DNA of 64,000 nucleotides from a virus (Duplodnaviria > Caudoviricetes), in the IMG/VR virus record IMGVR_UViG_3300028888_000063, positions 32,001 through 96,000 of that record, one strand, 5' to 3'. A model generated the notes under the pieces. That model ran no database searches and was not told where the DNA came from. It saw only the letters and a list, made by a program, of their open reading frames with translations. Below, in pieces: positions 1-10,200 of the stretch; the first letter of the stretch is position 1; each line of letters begins with the position of its first letter. The position numbers and the translations under genes were made by a program.

Positions 1-3000
1 AAAGTTGCTGATAAGCTTAATTTTACAGATATTATTGACGATGAAGATGATATATCTGCTTTAATGGGTGTTTTAGGCGATCAATTTGATGATTTCTTTG
101 CTACAACTGCGGGCGGTGCTAAACAACTGGTTAAGTCTGGAGAAGAATTACGTCAAAAAATTGATGAAATTCAACTCGAAAAATTATCTAATGGGATCGA
201 GCAGATTAAACAAGAGCAAGAACAGTTAGATCAAATTTTGAAGATAGGGTCACATCCAACTTCTATTCAAGATCAAGCTAGATTATTGACTGCATTACGC
301 GAGCGCGGATTGGCGCAAGGAGCTGCTGCAGAACAAGGTAATATAAATACTTGGTTAGATACTTTCTCTCGTACTAAAATGAAGGCCGCGGTTGAAGAAA
401 ATCAAGCTGGTTTTGAAGCCCTCAAAGGAGAGTATGAGGCTTTAACTAAAGATGCTCAAGATTTAGAACAAGCTATTAAATTACTTCAGTTAGCTTTAGA
501 TGAAGATGTTGATGCTAGTAAATGGGAGGCTTTAACTACCTATTTACGTGATATGAAAGAGCAGTTTGAAGATGATCAAATGAATGCCGCCTTAGCATCA
601 GAAGCTATTTTAAGATTCGCAGCCGCCGCAGAACAAGTTGGTGAGAATTATGCTGATTGGGAAAAAGCATTAACAGATTCTAGTTCTACTCTTGATAAAG
701 TAGAAGCAGTTGAAGAATTACGCAATGTTTATATGGATTTATTAAATATAGATGATGCGAATGCTTTAGATTGGGGTTTCTTAGCTAGTCCTACAAATTT
801 AGAATTACTTCAAAGTGCTATTGAAGGCGATGAAGATGCGTTTAATCAATTAGCAGCTTCTGCGGGTGAAGCTTATGAACCAATTGAGAATTTATATCAA
901 TTATTACTTGAAATTCTTGGTTTGGGTAGTGGTAGTTCTAATGTCGATAAAATATTTGAATCTTATAGGAATGTTGCATCTATTAGTAATGGGTTAAGCT
1001 ATGGCAAATCAATTTCAGATCAACAATATAATGATTTAATTAAATTTAATAAAGATTTTGAGGAATTCTTTACTATTGGTTCTGATGGATTGCATATGTT
1101 CATTGGAGATGCTGAAGATTTAGCTAAAGCATTAAATCAAGTCCATTTAGATAATTTACAGCAAGCTATAGAGCAATTAGACCAAGCGCAAGAGAATTTA
1201 CGTTTAACTTCAAGATATCTTAAAAGTCATCCTGATGCAGAAAGCTTTGTTCAGGGAAAGGGTAATATAGATTGGAGTAATAAGTCTACTCGTGAGCGTG
1301 AATATATTGCCCAAGGCCAAGCAAATATATTAAAAGATCTTGTTAATAGGGGAGTACAATTAAATGGATTTGATAAAGAAGCCCAAGAACGTCTTACCTA
1401 TTGGCGGGAACATAGAAAAGGATTTTCTGTTGAGCAGGATGCAGAGATGTTTGAATGGATTAATCAAATTATTCAAGAGAATATCGATTTATTTGAAGCA
1501 GATGAAGATGCCGTAACGCGAGCAGAAGAAGCATATGATAAATTAACTTCCGCAATGAAAAGTATGCAGCAAGCGCAGTTAGATTCTGATATTGATCAGC
1601 AGCGGATGCAAGCAGTAAGTAAGTATTTACAAGAAACTTTGCAAATTCCTGGAGCACAGGCAGACAAAGATGCAGCTGCAATGTTACGTTTTGCAGATGC
1701 TATTGATACTATAAAAGATAAAACAGATGATTGGAATGAATCTTCTAAGAAAGGTTTAGATACTCAATTACAAACTGTTGATGAAATTACTGAAACTTTA
1801 GCAGATTTATATAACGTAGATGAAGATGTTATTAATTTACAAGGTTTAAATCAAGAAAATATTATAGAATTAATGCAAGAAGCAGCAAAAGGTAATAAAG
1901 ATGCTTATGAAATATTAATGCAAGCATTAGGATTAGAAGCTACGCATACGTGGGAGGAAATTTCTCAAGCGACAGATTTCTTAATTAATGCAGCGAACCG
2001 TTTAGAAGCAGCATTCGTTAGTTATGCCTCTGCTCAAAGCGTAGTTGGAAATCTTCAAGAAGGTAGTTCGATTTCTGCTCCGCAATATAAATCTTTAGAA
2101 GATTTTGGTATAAATGGAGAAGATTATTTTACTAAAGCGGCAGATGGAAGTTATAAAATAATTGATGAAAAAATTTCAGAATTACAAAAATTAGTTGATA
2201 GTATCCAATTACAAACTTTAAATACTGAACTTGAACGACTTGCTGAAGCGGGGGCGGAGGCCGCTGCAGGGTTGGCGCCACTAGAAGATATAATTCGTAA
2301 GATTCAATCTGGAGAGAGTTTGTCAGTTGATGATCAACGGTTAGCATTATCTGAAATGCAAGCTAGTGGAAGCACATTGAATGATGCTTCTGGGAATGCA
2401 ATTTTAAATTCTGAAGATTTAGATTTGTCAGCTTTAAGTGATGAAGACATTCATCAGATGTTTGGTCAGAATTTAGATAATTTAATTAATTATATTAATG
2501 ATTTATCTACTTCTGCAAAAAAAGCTAAAGAAGATACTGAGGAATTAGATGAAGCTATCAGCGCTCTTCAAGAAAAAATGGATCGAGATGCCTTAGATGC
2601 TGATGTAGACGCTGATACTTGGGATAATTTAGCAGATCATTTACAGTCAGTAGCAGGCGTTTCTGATGAATTAGATGATAGTCTTGAATCTAATAGACGC
2701 GCCGCCCAAAATATTGCAGAAGCGATTTTACGTTTTGATGATGCTATTGTTGATGTCACTAAAAACTATGATAAATGGGTTGATGTTTTAAAATATGGCT
2801 CGGATCAAGAGTATGCGGAAATAGCTACTGAATTAAAGGATGCTTACGCGGATTTATTAGATCTTGATTGGGACGACTTTTCTGATAGTTTCCTATCTTC
2901 TACAGAAAATTTAAAACGGTTAAATGATGTTGCCACAGGAGCCGAAAATGCTAAAGAAGCATATGAAGAGTTAATGGCAGCTGCACATGAAGAAGTTTTA

Positions 3001-6000
3001 ATGTCTGTTGGCATTGATGTAGCTGATTGGGATGCTCAGGTCTATGATTTATTAAATCAATATTACAATTTACAATCTTTAGACGATATCCAAGTTGGTG
3101 CTGAGTTAAATGATGAAGGCTTTTTAGCTGCTTTAACGGAAATGGTTAATGCGGCTGGTATGTCTGCAGAGCAGGCTCAAGCAGCTTTAGCTACTATGGG
3201 TATTGATGCTGATGTAGAATATGTTCCAGAAACAAAGCAAGTCACACAGACTTATACTGATTTTATTGTTACTCCTCAACCAGTGCCTATTACTTATGTT
3301 GATCCTGCAACCGGTGTTCCAACTCAAGGTGAGACTAGTAGTTTAATTACAGAAGCAGTGCCTAAAACTACCACAGAAGAACGTTCAACAGGGGCATTTA
3401 CTTTACAAGTAACTTCTGCAAATAAATCTTCTGGTGGAGATTATAAATTTAATGAATCTGCTCATGGTGGTGGATCTGCTAATCCTGGTCGTAGTAAAGG
3501 CGGCGGCGGTGGAGGCGGCGGTAGCCAAAAGCCTAAGAAGCCAATGAAGCCTTTTAAAGCTAAGATTGATCCTTACCACGATGTTAATATTAAGATTGGT
3601 GACGTTGAAGAAGGTCTTGAACGTTTAGAGAAACAACGTGATAAATTAATTGGCAAAGATGCAGTTAAAAATTTAACTGAGCAAATTAATTTAATGGAAC
3701 GTCAAAAAGAACTTCTGCAAGAAAAAGCTGATATAGCCAAAGAAGAAGCAAGCAGGTTGCAAGGTGAGCTTGGAGCATTAGGTGCTATCTTTGAAAAGAA
3801 TGGCGATATTGCAAATTATAAGCAGCTTTTACTTGATAAACAAAACCAAATTAACAATGCAATTTCAGTGGCTAATGGCCTTGAAGGTGACTATAGAGAT
3901 GCTTATGAAGATTATATTAGTGATCTTAAAGATGAATATAGTGAACTTGAAGATAAGATTAGTGAGTATGATGAAACAATTCAGTTGCTTGATGATCTAG
4001 ATCTTGAATATAGAGATATTATTAATAAGCAAATTGAACTTGCAATAGAAGCATTTAATGTTGAAATTGAAGTTAAATTAAATGTTAAAGATGCTATTAA
4101 AGATTTTAATGACTTTAGGAAACGTATTATTGATGGTGTAAAAGAAGATGATTATGCGGGTCAAGCGGCCGCCGCAATGAATAACTATGGTACTTATTAT
4201 TACCAAGATGATCAAGGTAATACTCGTGGACTTATTGGTGATTTGTATGAACACACTAGACAAATTGTTCAAGAGTCAAGTATCATTATGAATGGTGGTT
4301 TCTCTAACATCTATGGTGATAATTTAGCAGCCGCCGCAGATGATTTAAAGAAATATAATGATGAACTTATGGAAGCTCTTGAAGATGTTCAAGATATTGT
4401 TGATGAAGTTCATGATAATCTTCTTGAAGCTATTGATGCTATGCAAGATGCTTTTGATACTCAGCAAGAAGCTTTTGATAAATTAGATAATTTACTTACC
4501 CATGATATGGAATTGCTTCAGTTAATTCATGGGGAAGAGAATTTTGATGAAATGAATACGTTGTGGCAACAACAAGTTCAGCAAGATGAAAAGCGGCTGC
4601 GGGCGCTGCAAGAGCAACAAGAATATTGGCATCAAAAAGTCAAAGAGTATGAAAAAGGTACTGACGAATGGAAGAAAGCTATGGAAAATTGGCAGTCAGC
4701 CTTCGAGAGTACCAATGAAGCCATGATTGATGCCGTAAAGAACCTTCAATCTCAATGGGAAAATAGTATAAGCGGGGTTATGAATCAGTTAAGGAACCAA
4801 ACCTTCGGTGGAAATATGAACGCCGCGCTAGAAGATTGGGATAAGATGGTTTGGCATAGTGATAGATATTTAGATAGTATTGAGCGCGCAAGCGGATTAC
4901 TTGAATTACAAACTAAATATCGAGATGCTATTAATAATACTACTGATACTACTGTTCAAGAGAAATTAGCTCAATTAGAAGAACAACAGTTAGATACTTT
5001 AGCTAATAAAGAGCATTTAAGAGAAGTTGATTTAAAGGTTGCTGAACAACAATTAGCAGTCATTCAAGCGCAATTAGCTTTAGAAGATGCACAGCAAGCT
5101 AAAACTAGATTACGGCTGCGTAGAGATAGTCAAGGTAATTACAATTATCAGTACGTTGCTGATGATGATGCTATTGAAGAAAAGACTAATGAATATATTA
5201 GAGCGTTAAATGATTATAGAGCATTAACTCAAGATACTTTAAGATCTGATTTGGAAGCTATTAGAGATTATACTTTGGATTATTACGATGCACTTGAGGA
5301 AGCTCAAATGGCATACGGTGATAATACTGAAGCTTTAATGGCGGAAGAAGAAAGATTATACCAAATGTATTTTGGTGAAGATGGTTATATTACTAATTTA
5401 CATACAGATGCAATTTCTAGTATGTCTGATGCTCAAGAAGCTATGTTTATTAATCTTTATGGATTAAATCAAGTTCTTGAAGAGGATTTATTTGAAAAAT
5501 TCTTAGGGCCAGATTCTAATATGGTTACTGCTGTTGAAGGATTACTTGACGCGGGCGGTACAATACCTAGCTTAATTGATGCATTTATAAATGGATCCGC
5601 GCAAACAGCATTTGATAATATTGAAGCGATGTCTCGTGGGGCATTTGATGAAATGACAATTAATGCTTATGATGCTTTTGGTGTTATAGGCGATGAAGCT
5701 GTTGCGTTGGCAGATTTGATTCTTGACTGCATTAAAGGGCCAGAAGGTATGTTACCAGAGTGGCAGTCAGCATTATGGCAAATAGTTGAAACTTATAATA
5801 CTGAATTTGTTCCAAGAATTATTGATGCAGTTAATGAATTGCAATATGCTAACCAGGCTTATGTTGATGGTTTAGCTATTGTACAGACTGCCGCCAAGAG
5901 AACTACAGAGCAAATTGCTTTAGGTTTATGGGCTGATGCAGAATATACTAATGCGTTAACTAGCACTACTAATGAATTGATCGCCGCACAAAAAGCGGAG

Positions 6001-7146
6001 GTTGAAGCATGTGAAGCAGTTTATAATGCTTTGATGAAGAATCAAGCAATGTTTAAAGCTCATTCTATTGCAGCAACTGAAGCAGCTAATGCAAACTTCT
6101 TGTATTGGGTTTCAATGCAGGGCGGCGTTAGCACAGGTGTTCCATATAGCATAGATGGAATTAGCGGAGACTTTAGTTCCACAGTTCCTTCTATTGTATA
6201 TCCTCAAGCGGCACCCGCTCCTTCCTACACCGATTCAGGTGGAGGCGGCGGCGGAGGAGGAGACTCCGGTGGTGGTGGAGGCGGAGGTTCTGCTCCTGCT
6301 AAAACAACCACTGTAAGACGTGGTGGCGGATGTTTTGCTCCAGGTACTCAAATTTTAATGAGTGATTATACTACTAAGAGTATTGAAGATGTTTGTCCGG
6401 GTGATATGGTTATTGCTTATGATGAAGAAACTGGTAAGTGTGTACCTAAAGCAGTTTTAGGTATATTTACTCGTCGTGAAGTTAAAACTATTGTTACATT
6501 GCATTTTAGTAATGGTCAAATGCTTGAAATGACTCCTGGTCATCCAATTTATACAACTGACGGATGGAAATCATTAGACTTGTTCTATTCTTTATTAGAA
6601 CATTTTATGTTGGTTAAATTATTAGAGGTTGGTAATGAAGTAATTGGCATTGCTCAAAATGCAACTTTAGAATATTTTGATTGTAGTGAACCAGATATAG
6701 AAATGCCAGTATATACTCTTTCTATTGAAGATTGTCCTACATTTATAGCTAATGGTTTTATTGTTCATAACGCTTATGCGACAGTGGCTAAAATGGCTAC
6801 TGGTGGTTATACCGGTGAATGGTGGACAGATGAACCTAAAGTTGCTTTACTCCATGAAAAAGAATTAGTCCTTAATAAAGATGATACTGAGAATATGCTT
6901 AATGCAGTAAATATTGTAAGAACAATAGCTGATAGAATTCAAGCAGTTAATACAATGGCATTAAGTAATCTTGCTTCTGGAGGAGCGTTAGACGTGGCGG
7001 GCGCTGCAGGAAATACTGTATTGCAAGATGTTATTATCAATGCAGATTTCCCAGGTGTAGAGGATGCCGCACAAATAAAACAAGCCTTTAATGAATTAAT
7101 TAATTTAGCAAGCCAAGAAGCTTCATTAAATAGAAGGGCTTATTAA
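1..7146 (+). CDS. Tail tape-measure protein (5'-truncated by window) with internal ~350-aa repeats and a C-terminal Hint domain
   Basis: Frame is open from base 1. >2360 aa, acidic, Ala/Leu-rich helical; typical TMP C-terminus (ATGGYTG...ALLHEKELVLN); lies directly upstream of tail genes. Confidence 0.85.
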   Translation, partial: KVADKLNFTDIIDDEDDISALMGVLGDQFDDFFATTAGGAKQLVKSGEELRQKIDEIQLEKLSNGIEQIKQEQEQLDQILKIGSHPTSIQDQARLLTALRERGLAQGAAAEQGNINTWLDTFSRTKMKAAVEENQAGFEALKGEYEALTKDAQDLEQAIKLLQLALDEDVDASKWEALTTYLRDMKEQFEDDQMNAALASEAILRFAAAAEQVGENYADWEKALTDSSSTLDKVEAVEELRNVYMDLLNIDDANALDWGFLASPTNLELLQSAIEGDEDAFNQLAASAGEAYEPIENLYQLLLEILGLGSGSSNVDKIFESYRNVASISNGLSYGKSISDQQYNDLIKFNKDFEEFFTIGSDGLHMFIGDAEDLAKALNQVHLDNLQQAIEQLDQAQENLRLTSRYLKSHPDAESFVQGKGNIDWSNKSTREREYIAQGQANILKDLVNRGVQLNGFDKEAQERLTYWREHRKGFSVEQDAEMFEWINQIIQENIDLFEADEDAVTRAEEAYDKLTSAMKSMQQAQLDSDIDQQRMQAVSKYLQETLQIPGAQADKDAAAMLRFADAIDTIKDKTDDWNESSKKGLDTQLQTVDEITETLADLYNVDEDVINLQGLNQENIIELMQEAAKGNKDAYEILMQALGLEATHTWEEISQATDFLINAANRLEAAFVSYASAQSVVGNLQEGSSISAPQYKSLEDFGINGEDYFTKAADGSYKIIDEKISELQKLVDSIQLQTLNTELERLAEAGAEAAAGLAPLEDIIRKIQSGESLSVDDQRLALSEMQASGSTLNDASGNAILNSEDLDLSALSDEDIHQMFGQNLDNLINYINDLSTSAKKAKEDTEELDEAISALQEKMDRDALDADVDADTWDNLADHLQSVAGVSDELDDSLESNRRAAQNIAEAILRFDDAIVDVTKNYDKWVDVLKYGSDQEYAEIATELKDAYADLLDLDWDDFSDSFLSSTENLKRLNDVATGAENAKEAYEELMAAAHEEVLMSVGIDVADWDAQVYDLLNQYYNLQSLDDIQVGAELNDEGFLAALTEMVNAAGMSAEQAQAALATMGIDADVEYVPETKQVTQTYTDFIVTPQPVPITYVDPATGVPTQGETSSLITEAVPKTTTEERSTGAFTLQVTSANKSSGGDYKFNESAHGGGSANPGRSKGGGGGGGGSQKPKKPMKPFKAKIDPYHDVNIKIGDVEEGLERLEKQRDKLIGKDAVKNLTEQINLMERQKELLQEKADIAKEEASRLQGELGALGAIFEKNGDIANYKQLLLDKQNQINNAISVANGLEGDYRDAYEDYISDLKDEYSELEDKISEYDETIQLLDDLDLEYRDIINKQIELAIEAFNVEIEVKLNVKDAIKDFNDFRKRIIDGVKEDDYAGQAAAAMNNYGTYYYQDDQGNTRGLIGDLYEHTRQIVQESSIIMNGGFSNIYGDNLAAAADDLKKYNDELMEALEDVQDIVDEVHDNLLEAIDAMQDAFDTQQEAFDKLDNLLTHDMELLQLIHGEENFDEMNTLWQQQVQQDEKRLRALQEQQEYWHQKVKEYEKGTDEWKKAMENWQSAFESTNEAMIDAVKNLQSQWENSISGVMNQLRNQTFGGNMNAALEDWDKMVWHSDRYLDSIERASGLLELQTKYRDAINNTTDTTVQEKLAQLEEQQLDTLANKEHLREVDLKVAEQQLAVIQAQLALEDAQQAKTRLRLRRDSQGNYNYQYVADDDAIEEKTNEYIRALNDYRALTQDTLRSDLEAIRDYTLDYYDALEEAQMAYGDNTEALMAEEERLYQMYFGEDGYITNLHTDAISSMSDAQEAMFINLYGLNQVLEEDLFEKFLGPDSNMVTAVEGLLDAGGTIPSLIDAFINGSAQTAFDNIEAMSRGAFDEMTINAYDAFGVIGDEAVALADLILDCIKGPEGMLPEWQSALWQIVETYNTEFVPRIIDAVNELQYANQAYVDGLAIVQTAAKRTTEQIALGLWADAEYTNALTSTTNELIAAQKAEVEACEAVYNALMKNQAMFKAHSIAATEAANANFLYWVSMQGGVSTGVPYSIDGISGDFSSTVPSIVYPQAAPAPSYTDSGGGGGGGGDSGGGGGGGSAPAKTTTVRRGGGCFAPGTQILMSDYTTKSIEDVCPGDMVIAYDEETGKCVPKAVLGIFTRREVKTIVTLHFSNGQMLEMTPGHPIYTTDGWKSLDLFYSLLEHFMLVKLLEVGNEVIGIAQNATLEYFDCSEPDIEMPVYTLSIEDCPTFIANGFIVHNAYATVAKMATGGYTGEWWTDEPKVALLHEKELVLNKDDTENMLNAVNIVRTIADRIQAVNTMALSNLASGGALDVAGAAGNTVLQDVIINADFPGVEDAAQIKQAFNELINLASQEASLNRRAY
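6331..6771 (+). other. Hint (intein-like/BIL) autoprocessing domain, 147 aa, no homing endonuclease
   Basis: Starts CFAPGTQILM; block B TPGHPIY; ends VYTLSIEDCPTFIANGFIVHN; +1 residue is Ala. Confidence 0.9.
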
Positions 7147-7151
7147 ATAAT

Positions 7152-7183
7152 TAGGGAGAGTTAATTACTCTCCCTATTTTTTT
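7152..7183 (+). terminator. Intrinsic terminator after tape-measure gene
   Basis: tagggagag-ttaatta-ctctcccta followed by T-run. Confidence 0.85.
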
Positions 7184-7265
7184 ATTGGGTAGAAGTATAT
7201 AAGGATATTTTAAGAAATTTTAAAATTAAGTAGATAAAATTGGAGATAAAAGGAGTGAGACGATA

Positions 7266-10200
7266 TTGAATGTTGCTGAGAATATTATTAATGCAGTAAA
7301 TATTCTGATTGATAGTAAAACTTCTAAATTGCAATATAATAAAACAATTAGAGGCCAAATCGCAGAAGTATTAGATGCAAGTATCGGGCAATATAAAATC
7401 AAATATCAGAATAGTTATTTTACGGCGTATTCAATGGACTCTAACGCGAATTATCAAAAAGGGTCTGATGTTTATGTTGAAATTTTATCTAGCGATTTTG
7501 AAAAAAATGCTCTGATAGTAGGTACCGTTACAAGGTTAGGTACTCATTATCTTTCAGCTATAGATCAAATTAATAATTTTAACGAAGTAGGAATTAATAC
7601 AGTTGATTCTGAAAATGTTTTTAATTTTTGTTCTTATAATGGAATTCAAGAGCAAGTTATTTGGCAAGAAAATGCAATTAATCAATATTTAGCAGCGTAT
7701 TTGGAAAATAATAGTGCTACTAATAGAAATTTATTAATTAAACAATTAACTAATGGTGCAACCGTTAATTATAATGGATTTAAATTAGATAAACAAGCTG
7801 TGTCAGAGTATGCGGCCGCCGCAGATACGATTGAGATTGGCGCGCATTTACAAACCCATCTAGAATCGGAACAGCGAGTAGGCAGTGGTAATTATGGTTT
7901 AAAAGTTTATACCATGTATTATGATGCTGCTTATCCTAATAAAGCTGATTGTGAATTATTACAAAAGGTTTATATTTTTGATATAAATGATATGACAGGC
8001 CAGCCTTATAAATATGATGCTGGTTCTGATCAGTATGGCATTTATTCTATCGATTCTGAAAATTTAATTGGTATTACAAAAATTGTTGGATTTTGTAATA
8101 ATTTTCCTGTAACAGAAACAGGCCATGAGAATGATATTAGTATTTCTGATGTTAAGGTGCAATTTTTAGAAGTGCTTTCAGAAGAAGAGTTAACTTCAAG
8201 TTCATTAAGAATAACGACTCCATATGGTAGTTATTTTCCGCAGGGCGCAGATAGCTCTATCACTAAAACGCTTCATGCTGTATTAAAAATCAAAGGGAAA
8301 AAAGTTAATTATAATTCACAACACGTAGATTTTTATTGGTTTAAGAGGAATTTATCTGTTTTTTCTGGAGATAAATTATTTTCTCCTTATGGTGGAAATG
8401 GTTGGGAATGTTTAAATACAGTTAAAACCAACATTGATGGTAGCGCATTAAGTTATACTGATTTTATTCCTGCGGGGGCTGATTTTGTTGTTAAGCAAAG
8501 CCTTTGTCCATGTGAGAAAACAACTTTTAAATGTGTAGCAGTATTTAGTGATGCAGGTGTGTCTGTTTCTTTAAACAGTACAATAATAATTAAAAATTAT
8601 ACAAAAAATTATGATGTGTATCTTACTTCTTCTATGGGTACGCAATTCAATTTTAATAGTGGTAAAACTACTTTAACTGCAACTGGTTTTAATAAAGTAA
8701 GTAGCGTTAATTATATTTATTACTGGACTAAGAGTATTGATGGTGGGACTCCAGAATATGTAAGTGACAATATGCCTATTACAGAGGATCATATTCAAGT
8801 TGAAATTAATGATCCTGATTCTGAATTTGTACAATATGAGTGTTCTGTTTTTGCTAATGGATCTCTTTTAGGGACCGCCGCCATAACACTTTTAAATGGT
8901 AGTAATCCATATGGACATACGTTGGTTATTAGAGATGGCACCCAATTATTTAAATATGATGGGTACGGGATTTCTCCAACTTCTAACTCTCTTGCAAAAA
9001 TTGATAGAATGGTTATTCCTGTTCTTACTTTTGATATCTATGATTCATATGGTAATTTAATAGATATTAGTAATGATGAAAAGCCTAGACGTATGGCTAT
9101 TAAATGGGTTTGGCCTACAGCAACCGCCGCCACTAAAGATCAGACAATGCTTACTACTACTGAAACATTGAGATTAATTACAGTTCCAGATATTGCAAAT
9201 GATACAACTAAAACTCAATATGTAGTACAACAGCAATCTACATTTAGTTATGGTATTTTAGATAGATATAATGCGGTTTATGCAAATACAGATATTTCAA
9301 GGAATAATATTATCCTTGAAGTAGATTTTGAAGGAGAACATTTAGTTGCTTCAACTAATTTTACTTTCACTAAAGAAGGTGAATTAGGTACTAATGGTAC
9401 AAAATATACAGCAAGAATTGTTCCTGTTGGAAATACTGAAGGATATTTTATTTTAGGTACTGGTACTAATGCTCAATTATATTCTATTAATGCGGGGTAT
9501 AAAGGTGTAACTAGGAAACTTGCGGCAGGAGCTCAGGCAACAATTGCTAGCTTGTTTACTGCGCAGCTCTGGAATGGAGATAATACTAATGTAACAGCGA
9601 CTAATATAAAGTGGTCACTTGCTTCATCTACAACTCGCGCCTCCGGTAAACTACCCCTCTTGACAATTAATGGAAGTTATGTTAAAATGAACTCAACAAG
9701 TGGGTCAAGAGCATTAAGCACTATATTACAAGCAGCTATTACTTATAGACCTACTGGTAGTGAGCGAGAATTAGTAATTTATGCTACTTATGCAATTCCT
9801 TGTGTATCAGCTACATTTACCTATGGTGGAAATACTTGTTATCCTTGGTTAAGAGATGGATATCAAGAAGTTATGTATGAAAGTGATGGTACAAGAGGTA
9901 GATTCAATCCATTGCCTTTCTTAACTTGTATGATTACACCTAACGGGCTTGTAGATGTGAATTATACTTCAGCGAATGCGGCCAGCGGGAAAATTACATC
10001 GACTTGGAATATTCAAGGTTCATATAATTATCCTAATGAGTTTAAAGTAGAGCCGCCCGCAAACTTTATAGGTGAAACAGTTAATCATTATATTACCTAT
10101 AATTACAGCACATCATCTGCTTTATATTATCCTGTGCAACTATATCTTAATAGATATGGTATGTCTGCTATGAATGACTGGGATGGTTCTAGCATTCAAA

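Noticed and set aside
6238-6290. GGN repeats as a DNA-level repeat element (also near 3500)
   Set aside because: They simply encode poly-Gly linkers in the tape measure.
6331-6771. Canonical mobile intein
   Set aside because: +1 residue is Ala and there is no homing endonuclease domain.
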